Below the pieces are notes generated by a model. That model did no database searches, was not told the DNA's origin, and worked only from the letters and a program-made list of their open reading frames with translations. This document shows, piece after piece, positions 40,114 through 48,885 of a stretch of DNA of 64,000 bases. The stretch spans positions 1 through 64,000 of IMG/VR virus record IMGVR_UViG_3300032287_003113; one strand, 5' to 3'. Each line of letters opens with the position of its first letter. Positions within the stretch are counted from its first letter, which is position 1. A program made the position numbers and the translations under genes.

Positions 40114-40142
40114 ATTATACAATTATTTATCTTTATTGTCAA
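40114..40142 (-). promoter_or_regulatory. Consensus sigma70 promoter
   Basis: TTGACA-N17-TATAAT. Confidence 0.85.
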
Positions 40143-40145
40143 CCT

Positions 40146-40442
40146 CTAGGCTGACATAATAGCGATAGTGCTTTTAACAAACCTATATTTGGCAACAAAG
40201 GCATTGATAAAACTGATCCATTCTTCGGCGGCAGATTGATCAGTGAACAGCCTAGTCGATATCAATGATGAACCTTTGCTCTCAACCATCGTATCTGCGG
40301 ACATTTTGCCAACAGCAATCATTTCCGCAGTCTTTGCATCTAATTCGGCTAACGCTACAGAATCATTTTCATTTCTATCGTTTGGATTCGAGTTAATATA
40401 ATTATCTCTTTGCCAGGTAATTTTAACTTTTTTTGTGTACAT
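40146..40442 (-). CDS. Hypothetical protein
   Basis: 98 aa; R.FTDQSAAEEW motif; follows the split dctP. Confidence 0.55.
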   Translation of the reverse strand: MYTKKVKITWQRDNYINSNPNDRNENDSVALAELDAKTAEMIAVGKMSADTMVESKGSSLISTRLFTDQSAAEEWISFINAFVAKYRFVKSTIAIMSA

Positions 40443-40445
40443 ATT

Positions 40446-41401
40446 TTAAGCCTTTTTAATCTTGTCAATCAAACCAGGTGAAAATGTTGGTTCAAACTTT
40501 TCATAAACTGCTTGAGCTTTATGTTTCCACTCAGCTGTTTCTTCTTTGGAAAGTTCAATAACATCAATACCATCAGCAACCAATTGCTGTTTGGCATCTT
40601 CACCATCCTGGATCGTGACTTCACGTTCTCTACGTCCTGCTTTGATAGCAGCATCCTTGATCACGGCTTGAACCTCGGGACTCAATGTCTTCCAGAAGTC
40701 GTCACGCATGATCATGGTTGTCAAAAACAAACTGTGCTTTGAGTCAATCACGCTTTTGGTAACGTCATTCTGCTTCAAGGGATAGATACGACTGTAAACA
40801 GTTTCTCCACCTTCGCAATCACCTTCGATAATGTGGGCACGAGTGTCTTCGGTTTCACAAACAAACACGTCAACACCGCCCAAGACCTTGAATGTCTCTT
40901 GTGCTACTGGATTACGATTGGTTCTTAGCTTCATTTCTTGCCTAGATCATCTAGACCAGAGACTGGTTTGTCAACAATAATGTTACGGAAACCGCCTGAG
41001 TAAGTGAATGCCATACCGCGAACATTGGACTTTTCAGTGATCTTTTCTAATAGACCTTCGCCAACTTCACCCTCTAGCACACGAGTTGCATGATCGTGAT
41101 CTTCAAAAATAAATGGCATTTCTAAGGCCAACATATCGTGCTCAATATCTTCAGCCAACCATGTGGTGTACATTTGGCTCATTTCAATCTTGCCCTGTTC
41201 CATTAGGTCCAGTAGATCGTGTTTGGTAACCAACACACCGTCGTTGTACTTCATGCTGTACTCGCTTAGTGTCATAACTTCAACTTCGATCTTTTCTGCA
41301 CTTTGAGCTTCGTTTACAAAACGCTGAAAGTCTTCTGCTGCACGTACAAATAGGCTTAGTGGCTCGTGAGCAATTACCCAACGAATTTTAGTAGTTTTCA
41401 T
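40446..41401 (-). pseudogene. DctP-family solute-binding gene split by a 1-nt frameshift (40931-41401 plus 40446-40934)
   Basis: The halves are colinear with the intact paralog at 26301; the junction AAG AAA TGA AGC would read KKMKLR with one extra A. Confidence 0.7.
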
Positions 41402-41526
41402 GTGTATTTCCTTTATATATAAATTAAGGCGGCGTTCCGGTGTAACACACCAGTAAAAGGGTAGTTACCCTAGGCGTCTGACGTCAACTGAATGTCGGCG
41501 TTGCTACAATTATTTAGCTTTTCTTG

Positions 41527-42438
41527 TTATTTGTCCAGTTTAACTGTAGCACTCAAACGGCGCCATAGTACCAGCTGACTGTTGTACCAGTTGTCTAGCT
41601 CAGAATCTGGAATTTGATTGTTAGGAATACAAGTATCTGCGGCATTGGCATCACGTACACTTTTGCTACGTGCAGCTTCTACAAAAATCTTGCGAATTTC
41701 ACGAAACTTTTCTTCAGGAAATTTGCGTGGAATAAAGATCTGTTGCGAGCTACTCATGTCTGCAATTGCCGGTGCAAATCCTTGATTTTTCAACAAGGGA
41801 ATACCTTTAATACTTTCTTTGCCGGTCATGCCCAACCAATAAACCCGTTTGGTAGCGTCTGGCTTTGTGTACTGCTCGCTATCGCCAATGAATCCCACAG
41901 CAAAATCAGTTTGCCCACCCAAGACATTTAACAATGCTTCGTTGGTGCTTTTAAACGGAACAATCTGCATGTTTGGATATTGTGCAGCCACTTGCAAGGC
42001 TACCAGGTGCGTGGTTGCCCCAAGTCCACTGATACCAATGTTTAACTTGGCGTTTCGAGGAACATCCTTCCATGTTTTATACTTTGTGCTTGTGATAACA
42101 AACGGTGCAATACACATGGGCATTAGGCTTCTAAAGTCGGCCATGTTATGACTTTCCGTTGGAAACAGGTTGGGACGGATAAATCCTGCCGAACTGTTGA
42201 TCCAGATTGAGTTGGGAGTGTTTAACACATGGTTGGCTGCAACTGTGCCGCCTGCGCCAGGTTTAGCTTCAAAGATGAATGTGTATTTGTTTTGTAACTT
42301 GTTACTTTCGTCGGCTAGTGTGCGATAGAAGTTTGCTGCAATGTCAGCTGGAGACCAAGAATAATACATAACAATGTTTTCTTTGGCTGTTGCTGTTAAT
42401 GTAAATGTGGCTAGTAGTGCAACCAATAGTTTTTTCAT
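41527..42438 (-). CDS. Bug/TctC-family substrate-binding protein
   Basis: Signal peptide MKKLLVALL..., EAKPGAGG, G.G...HL, VPFK, VLGGQTD. Confidence 0.82.
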   Translation of the reverse strand: MKKLLVALLATFTLTATAKENIVMYYSWSPADIAANFYRTLADESNKLQNKYTFIFEAKPGAGGTVAANHVLNTPNSIWINSSAGFIRPNLFPTESHNMADFRSLMPMCIAPFVITSTKYKTWKDVPRNAKLNIGISGLGATTHLVALQVAAQYPNMQIVPFKSTNEALLNVLGGQTDFAVGFIGDSEQYTKPDATKRVYWLGMTGKESIKGIPLLKNQGFAPAIADMSSSQQIFIPRKFPEEKFREIRKIFVEAARSKSVRDANAADTCIPNNQIPDSELDNWYNSQLVLWRRLSATVKLDK

Positions 42439-42448
42439 TTGATTTTCC

Positions 42449-43639
42449 TTAAAATTTATAGTGTACGTTACGACCAGAGTCTTGATATACTGCATCGCCC
42501 AAGTAATAAAATGGACTGATAAATCCCACAAAGCCCACTGCTCGACCCATTTCGTAATTGAAATACTTGGCGTCAATCGAATCGGTTAATAATTTATGCC
42601 CAGCTTGCCATGCTCGGTAAGCATGAGTATCCTGAAAGTTTGTGTAAAACCAATAGTCCATTTCGTTATAAAAACTGTTGGTGGGCTTGCTGGTTTGGAA
42701 CGTTGTAGGATCGTAGTCGGGATAAATCAGGGGTTTAACAATGTGTTCGAATGTGGTACGTTGTGCAAAACTGTAGTTGGGCCAACGTACCAAGTGCTGT
42801 AGATATTTATTTGATTCTTGGTTGAACCAGTTTTTTATTGTGTGTGCTTGTTTGTTGACCAGGTCTGGCAAGTCTGGCGCCCAAAAGAAATACACATTGG
42901 CAATGTTGGTGTAGTGTTTGATGTCAGGGTTGGCAGCATTGGCCTGTATGTCCATGAAGTACAGATACCACTTTGAATCTCGGATACAGACCTTGGGCTT
43001 GTCAACACCCCATAACATACATATTCGCTTACCAGAGTCTAGCAATAGTTTATGTTCGTGTACTGCATCAACTGTGTGTTTGAACGGATGCCCGGGTTGG
43101 AAATAGTCTCTAGTTTTAAACACCCATGACTCATCATGTTCACTGGCCAGCATGTCCTCACTGTAGTCGTGTACTGTAATTTTGACTTGAGGATAGTTGG
43201 TAGCAATCCATTCTAGTGTAGGTCTGGCAGCATACTCCCATTCACTCAGTGTGTTCTCCGGTTTGGTGTTGAATGGATCTGCTGATACATTCTTTTCACC
43301 TGTTTTGGGATAACGAAATACCACTTCGTCTAACGGAATGTTATTGAGTAAAAACGAATACAATACTGTGTTGCCATCAGCACCGCCACTTAGTTCTAAA
43401 CGAATGTAATCGTATTCATCTCTAATTTGCTGTGCCCGTTGCCGATACAACTGTTGTAGATCAGTTTCAGGTTCTGTTAGCCAATCATGTGCGTCAAATA
43501 CTGTGCGGTTAAAATGCCACTCAGGAAAGACGTTGGTTTTTGTACCCGCAATTAGGGCTTCTACCTTGCTGTAGTATCGGGTATCTCCAACTTGGTAAAA
43601 GCCTAATTTAGGATTTTGTTCAATGGTGTACTGCATCAA
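42449..43639 (-). CDS. PP-loop (ANH) protein, paralog B
   Basis: SGGADG; shares LYRQRAQQ.RDEYDYIR, ENTLSEWE, WGVDKP and FQT.KPTN with 37067-38362. Confidence 0.7.
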   Translation of the reverse strand: MMQYTIEQNPKLGFYQVGDTRYYSKVEALIAGTKTNVFPEWHFNRTVFDAHDWLTEPETDLQQLYRQRAQQIRDEYDYIRLELSGGADGNTVLYSFLLNNIPLDEVVFRYPKTGEKNVSADPFNTKPENTLSEWEYAARPTLEWIATNYPQVKITVHDYSEDMLASEHDESWVFKTRDYFQPGHPFKHTVDAVHEHKLLLDSGKRICMLWGVDKPKVCIRDSKWYLYFMDIQANAANPDIKHYTNIANVYFFWAPDLPDLVNKQAHTIKNWFNQESNKYLQHLVRWPNYSFAQRTTFEHIVKPLIYPDYDPTTFQTSKPTNSFYNEMDYWFYTNFQDTHAYRAWQAGHKLLTDSIDAKYFNYEMGRAVGFVGFISPFYYLGDAVYQDSGRNVHYKF

Positions 43640-43647
43640 TTGTAGAA

Positions 43648-44154
43648 TTAACTGTTCAAAACTTTGGCAACACTATTCATAACACTAGCAATACGTCCGA
43701 TGTCACGTAGGTTTTCTACTGTGTATCCTTCTTGCTTGAGTGTTTCATAGTGTGCTTTCACACAGAAGTGGCACTTGCCAACAATACTAGCTGCCAGGCT
43801 AAATGCTTCAAAGTTTGACTTGGTAGTTCCGCCATGACTAGCAATAGCGTTCATGCGTAACTGTGCTGGCAGGCCTTTAAGAGCAGGATCGTCAGCCATT
43901 TCAACATATGGATACCACACATTGTTTTGTGCCATAATACTTGCGGCAGTCATTGCTGACTCTGCATGCACCGGTGCGTCTGCTAAAATCAAACTGACTA
44001 GTTTGCCGTTGCCTGTTGCGGCCAATGCGGCTACAGCACAACCCATAGCCACATCCGCATCCAATGTGCTACGCACTAGAACAGCATCAAGATTTAACTT
44101 GGTGTCCTTTGCGTAGTCTGGCAACGCTTCTTTGACGGCGTCGTTGAAAGCCAT
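43648..44154 (-). CDS. ahpD: Alkyl hydroperoxide reductase AhpD
   Basis: LPDYAKD.KLNL, NNVWY, LRMN, CHFCV.AH. Confidence 0.92.
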   Translation of the reverse strand: MAFNDAVKEALPDYAKDTKLNLDAVLVRSTLDADVAMGCAVAALAATGNGKLVSLILADAPVHAESAMTAASIMAQNNVWYPYVEMADDPALKGLPAQLRMNAIASHGGTTKSNFEAFSLAASIVGKCHFCVKAHYETLKQEGYTVENLRDIGRIASVMNSVAKVLNS

Positions 44155-44693
44155 TATAGTGTTTCTCCGCCCACTGTACGATTACATGCACACAGTTCGC
44201 CAGTTTGTAACGCATCTAATACACGCAATGTTTCTTCTGGTGAGCGACCAACATTCAAGTTGTTGACAGTAACGTGTTGGATAACGTTGTCTGGATCAAC
44301 AATGAATGTGGCGCGAAGTGCGGCACCTGCTGGCGCATAGAAGCAACCTAATTGTTCGATCAAGCTCAACTCACCACGCTGTGTGTCAGCAAACTGGGTG
44401 TGAGTAATTTTCTTCAAATCCGCATGTGCGTTTTGCCATGCTACCTTGCAGAACTCATTGTCTGTGCTACCTGTTAGCAGGACTGCATCACGATCTGCAA
44501 AGTCACCTGCTAGTTTATCGTATGCAACAATTTCTGTTGGGCATACGAATGTGAAGTCTTTTGGATAGTAAACAATTACTTTCCACTTGCCTTCAAATGA
44601 TTTTTCTGTAATATCAAAGAAAGCGTCTTCTGGTTGTCCTGGCTTAACGCCTGTGACTGTAAATGCTTCTAATTTATGTCCTACTGTTTTCAT
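44154..44693 (-). CDS. ahpC: Peroxiredoxin AhpC
   Basis: YPKDFTFVCPTE, RATFIVDP, VGRS, LCAC. Confidence 0.95.
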   Translation of the reverse strand: MKTVGHKLEAFTVTGVKPGQPEDAFFDITEKSFEGKWKVIVYYPKDFTFVCPTEIVAYDKLAGDFADRDAVLLTGSTDNEFCKVAWQNAHADLKKITHTQFADTQRGELSLIEQLGCFYAPAGAALRATFIVDPDNVIQHVTVNNLNVGRSPEETLRVLDALQTGELCACNRTVGGETL

Positions 44694-44727
44694 ACTATTC
44701 TCCTTAATTTAATTTTTGAATTTGTGT

Positions 44728-44812
44728 TGGTGCCCCAAGCGAGACTTGAACTCGCACACCTTGCGGTACCGGCTTCTAAGACCGGCGTGTCTGCCAATTC
44801 CACCATCGGGGC
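44728..44812 (-). tRNA. tRNA-Leu(UAG)
   Basis: CCGGT-CTTAGAA-GCCGG, long variable arm, CCA. Confidence 0.92.
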
Positions 44813-44817
44813 ATGTT

Positions 44818-44895
<78 letters not shown>

Positions 44896-44903
44896 ATGCT
44901 TGT

Positions 44904-44932
44904 ATTATATACTAATTGTGATTAAAGGTCAA
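44904..44932 (-). promoter_or_regulatory. sigma70-type promoter for tRNA-Ile2/Leu and ahpCD
   Basis: TTGACC-N17-TATAAT. Confidence 0.75.
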
Positions 44933-44937
44933 ACGAT

Positions 44938-46668
44938 TTAACGGCGCAGTCTGACCGGTTCTGCAGCAGTTCTGCGTTGTCTTGGCGCAGGTGTTGTTGA
45001 ATCAATTTCTGGTTCTTCTACGTCTGGCTCAATATCGGAACCAGCTGGTGTTGGCATTGCTGGTGCAACCGGTTCTGGTATTGCCTTAGCGGGTATTTTT
45101 GTTGGAGCAACTTTTTGTTGCGGTGCTGGTGTTGCTTGAACTTGTGGCGTTTCTAATTTTTGAACATCAGCAAGATCTTTTAAAAGACCACCGATTTCAA
45201 CTACGTTTCTAGCTGCACCATCTTGCAAATAAGAACGCATTTGTACAAACATACTTTTATCATTGTTGACTCGTTTGGCTTTTTGATCTTTTGGATAGCC
45301 ATAAACTAATAATTTATAATTGGTTTTTTCTACATCGAGCACAGGAACTAGATCATAGGACTCTAATGCTTTGTACAACTCTGTACCAAATTGTAATTCT
45401 GTATAGGCTTTTTTTGCACTGGGACTAATAACTACAACTCTAATATCCTCACCCAAGGTAGCATGGTGTACAACTCCTTTGGTGACTTCTGTTACAAAGT
45501 CGTACTCGCTCTTGGTATTATCGCCTTTGAGACGACGATTAATTTCCTTATACACCCAAGTATAAACAGCTTTAAGTGCTGTATAGTTATAATTCATTGC
45601 TGTTTGAATTGCTGCCGAGCGTTCGGCTTGAGACATCTTAACATATTCTGGGTTTGGCTGAGTCTTGTCTGCTTTGCCATCTGGGCCGGGTAGGTATTGT
45701 GTTGGGGGAGCTTTTTTAAATTTTTTACGGAACTCGTCCGGCAAATCAAAATTAACTACACTTCTAAAGAATTTATCAACGTGATCAAATTCGTATCCAC
45801 TTACTGCACCAATATGTTTTACTGTTGCGGTTTTAATACTTAACAGTCGTTCTTTCTTTCCACCAAGAGCGATCCATAAATCTGCCTTGGTACTGTGTTG
45901 AGCTTCAGCCGTAGCGCCATCGGCAGTGACTTCAATGACATCGTTTGCATTTGCCTGTCGTATTTTTTCTATAGCGGTAAAAACATTCGACGAATCGTTT
46001 ACATAAGTTGCACAATCTTCGTACAACCTGTATATTTCAGTTGAGTTTTCAAATTTAATAAACTCTTGAGGTTGTTTAGCCGACATCTCTAATGCACGAT
46101 AATCATTGCGACTTAAAACAATACGTAATTGTAATTTTTTACCAAATGATTTTGTAAGATAGTTACCTTCTGTTATTTTTTGCACAGTTTTAAATACATC
46201 CTGGCCTTGCAACTGTTTAGTGGGATTTTCAAATTTGGTAATGACCGCACAACTCATAATACCTTCTGCAACGTTACCTTTGTTCCACCATTTACTATTT
46301 GATTCTTCGCCTTCAGCACCAATTTTTTGTTTTATATCTTTGGTTTTTTCAATTTGATTTAATTTATATGCGTCACCAGCGGAATCTATCATGCGGAATG
46401 CTTGCATTTGAGATATTTGGTTTGGCGTTGCTGTTTCTTTTGGATCTGTGCCGGTTGGGTTCCAAATATTTTCTAGTTGTTTGGCAACAGGGGCAGGAAA
46501 TGTTACATCAATAATCTCATCGGGGATACCTTTACCTTTTTTAATTCTCAAGGTAACTGGCTGTTTATTTTTAATAAGATTGATTAGGTTCCGCCAATAA
46601 TTAGGATTTCGTGATTCAAAATTTTCTAAATTTATTGCGGCTTCGGGTAAAATTTGTTTGTATCTCAT
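44938..46668 (-). CDS. Large hypothetical protein, possibly a packaged internal protein
   Basis: MRYKQILPEA start just after an ATAAATA late-type motif; NKGNVAEG and KADL...SIK motifs; Pro/Ala-rich tail. Confidence 0.6.
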   Translation of the reverse strand: MRYKQILPEAAINLENFESRNPNYWRNLINLIKNKQPVTLRIKKGKGIPDEIIDVTFPAPVAKQLENIWNPTGTDPKETATPNQISQMQAFRMIDSAGDAYKLNQIEKTKDIKQKIGAEGEESNSKWWNKGNVAEGIMSCAVITKFENPTKQLQGQDVFKTVQKITEGNYLTKSFGKKLQLRIVLSRNDYRALEMSAKQPQEFIKFENSTEIYRLYEDCATYVNDSSNVFTAIEKIRQANANDVIEVTADGATAEAQHSTKADLWIALGGKKERLLSIKTATVKHIGAVSGYEFDHVDKFFRSVVNFDLPDEFRKKFKKAPPTQYLPGPDGKADKTQPNPEYVKMSQAERSAAIQTAMNYNYTALKAVYTWVYKEINRRLKGDNTKSEYDFVTEVTKGVVHHATLGEDIRVVVISPSAKKAYTELQFGTELYKALESYDLVPVLDVEKTNYKLLVYGYPKDQKAKRVNNDKSMFVQMRSYLQDGAARNVVEIGGLLKDLADVQKLETPQVQATPAPQQKVAPTKIPAKAIPEPVAPAMPTPAGSDIEPDVEEPEIDSTTPAPRQRRTAAEPVRLRR

Positions 46669-46678
46669 AGTGTAGTAT

Positions 46679-47437
46679 TTATCTACGCTCGATATCTTGT
46701 TCCACACAGGCTGTGCCGTACTGTATTTCCACCAGTTTGCAAGGCTCTTTAAATGGATTTGTTAGCTGGTGCCATTCGCCGACTCCCACCCTATAGGTAT
46801 CGTGTGTATGTAGATGTTTAGGTGGTAATGAATATCCATTTTCCATAGCAGAATTTACTACAGCTTGTCCACTGGTAACTAACCAATATTCTGCACGTAG
46901 CTGATGGCGTTGCATACTTAGGCTTTGCCCCGGCTCTACTGTGAGTTCCTTGACTTTGGTGCCTGCAACTTCGTGTAGCACACGATAATATCCCCAAGGA
47001 CGCTGGGTTTTAGGTGCTTTCCACTCCTCAAGGATCCAACTACTGCTGTTGGCTTTGTTTTCGCCACCAACACCAAATGCAAATTCAATGTTGGTATCTT
47101 GCACATCCATCTCAGGGATATTATCTTTTGTTCTATCGCCACCATTGGCAAAAATCAAGGTTGCTGCAGGATAGTGTGCTCTGACCTGTTGGATAAAATG
47201 TCGAGCTGATCCATCTTCATCATCAAAGGTGTAAACTTCATCTATCATGGCAAGATTGTTGACAACGCACAAGCGTTCGTTCCAAGGCATGAATGCACGA
47301 CCTTTCTTGCGTTCCAACCATTCGTCGCTGTTTAGGCCAACAATAAGCATATCGCCTAGAGATCGGGCTGCTTTGAAATAAGCGATATGTCCAGAGTGTA
47401 CAGGATCAAACCCGCCGGTTGCCATTACTATTTTCAT
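46679..47437 (-). CDS. Cytidylyltransferase-like domain fused to a mannose-6-phosphate isomerase-type cupin
   Basis: TGGFDPVHSGH, GLNSD, ANGGDR; RPWG.Y, SLSMQRH..RAEYW, EIQYG...EQDIER. Confidence 0.88.
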   Translation of the reverse strand: MKIVMATGGFDPVHSGHIAYFKAARSLGDMLIVGLNSDEWLERKKGRAFMPWNERLCVVNNLAMIDEVYTFDDEDGSARHFIQQVRAHYPAATLIFANGGDRTKDNIPEMDVQDTNIEFAFGVGGENKANSSSWILEEWKAPKTQRPWGYYRVLHEVAGTKVKELTVEPGQSLSMQRHQLRAEYWLVTSGQAVVNSAMENGYSLPPKHLHTHDTYRVGVGEWHQLTNPFKEPCKLVEIQYGTACVEQDIERR

Positions 47438-48192
47438 CAGTCTGTGATCTTGTAGTAGTCTTTGTCTAGCCAGGTCACAACTAAATCTTCCAGTCTAGCA
47501 TAGCCGTGCTGGCTTACGCTGTTGATTAAGCTGTCGTTGATGAGATTGCGTTCAGCCAAATCGTACCAGGTGGCCTGTTGTGTCAAGGGCTCGTGGCCGC
47601 TGGCATATACTGCTGCATACAACCAAGGCGTGCCACGTTTACGATAAAAATATGCATCTCTGCAATCAAATCCCGAGATGGCCAACATGTAAATTAGATT
47701 TAAAATATTGTAATTGTAATATTGGTGACTATGTTGTTCAACCACTAAACTGCTGTTTTTCACATAGGTGCCCTGAGGTACTGTCAAGATCAGCATGCCA
47801 TTTTCTTGCAAGGTTTCTTTCCATATCCGCAAACACTTGAATGGATCTAGAGCATATTGAAAACTATCGTGTGCCCAGATTAGATCCACTTGTCTGGGTA
47901 CTACCCGTTCTTCGAAATTTCGCTCAATCGGTATCAAGTTTGGGTTACGGGCTAATATGTCAGGATCAATCTTGTTCAAATCTTGGTCTATGGCATATAC
48001 TGTGTAATTTCTAGGCTCGGCCGGTTCATCTCTGGTCATAAGGCTGGCCCACCATTCGGCATCAAGGCCGGCTCCACAACCCATGTCTGCTACACTGGTC
48101 AAACTATCAAGAAAACTGTCGTAGCCGTACAACAAGTTTAATACTTCTAAACTGTGTTCGTGACTTAGGTAGGGATTTTTAAATAGACCCAT
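47437..48192 (-). CDS. Class I SAM-dependent methyltransferase
   Basis: ADMGCGAG, DLIWAHD, L.ENGML. Confidence 0.8.
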   Translation of the reverse strand: MGLFKNPYLSHEHSLEVLNLLYGYDSFLDSLTSVADMGCGAGLDAEWWASLMTRDEPAEPRNYTVYAIDQDLNKIDPDILARNPNLIPIERNFEERVVPRQVDLIWAHDSFQYALDPFKCLRIWKETLQENGMLILTVPQGTYVKNSSLVVEQHSHQYYNYNILNLIYMLAISGFDCRDAYFYRKRGTPWLYAAVYASGHEPLTQQATWYDLAERNLINDSLINSVSQHGYARLEDLVVTWLDKDYYKITD

Positions 48193-48433
48193 GTTGTAGA
48201 ATTTCCATCACCAATTTTTCTTTTAATTGCGTGAGTCTAAATTCCAATTGATGGCATGCTTCGGCTACTTCGGCATCTGTGCCCCAACCACGCTGTGTAT
48301 TTAGATGGTATGCAAATTTTGCTACTGTGTCTTTTTCTAACTGTATATTTACAGCATCGTGCTTAGGTTTGGCTTGACAACAAAGTTCAAACTCTCGCAA
48401 CAACTCATCGGCACGTTGACGCCAATCCGTCAT
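48179..48433 (-). CDS. Hypothetical protein
   Basis: 84-aa overlapping ORF. Confidence 0.5.
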   Translation of the reverse strand: MTDWRQRADELLREFELCCQAKPKHDAVNIQLEKDTVAKFAYHLNTQRGWGTDAEVAEACHQLEFRLTQLKEKLVMEILQHGSI

Positions 48434-48885
48434 ACCACAATGTCTTCCATTCCGGCTGTGCGTAGTCTGACCACATGTCCCAACATGAAGTTCTTTGACT
48501 CAATGCCTTTCATGACGCCCAGCCAGCGATTGCGTAACAAGGCTACTTCATTGATAATAGTTTCCATGTCGACCACTTCATCCTCGGCTTCGGCATACTT
48601 TTCGGCATCTCTTGATGTTAATGCTCTAGCATAGGCTTCTAAATACTTTTTATAATGACGTTGGCGGATTTTACGTAATTGTATGTTAAGAAATTCTAGC
48701 ACAGCTTCAATCTCTTGCAGTTGATTAAATCTGTGTTCAGTCATGCCTGGCAAGTCGGACAACTCTTTTTCTACGCGACCACGTATTTTAATTTCTGTTT
48801 TGGCTGACGTCATCTCGCCTTCGTAGTAGTCGATGAATTCAGGAATAACGCTTAGGTCAGCTACAATTCGATTATAAAACATCAA
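48430..48885 (-). CDS. uvsY: UvsY-like recombination mediator
   Basis: Helical ~150 aa, YLE.Y...LT..D..KY, LGHVVRLRTAG; near uvsX and gp32. Confidence 0.7.
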   Translation of the reverse strand: MMFYNRIVADLSVIPEFIDYYEGEMTSAKTEIKIRGRVEKELSDLPGMTEHRFNQLQEIEAVLEFLNIQLRKIRQRHYKKYLEAYARALTSRDAEKYAEAEDEVVDMETIINEVALLRNRWLGVMKGIESKNFMLGHVVRLRTAGMEDIVV

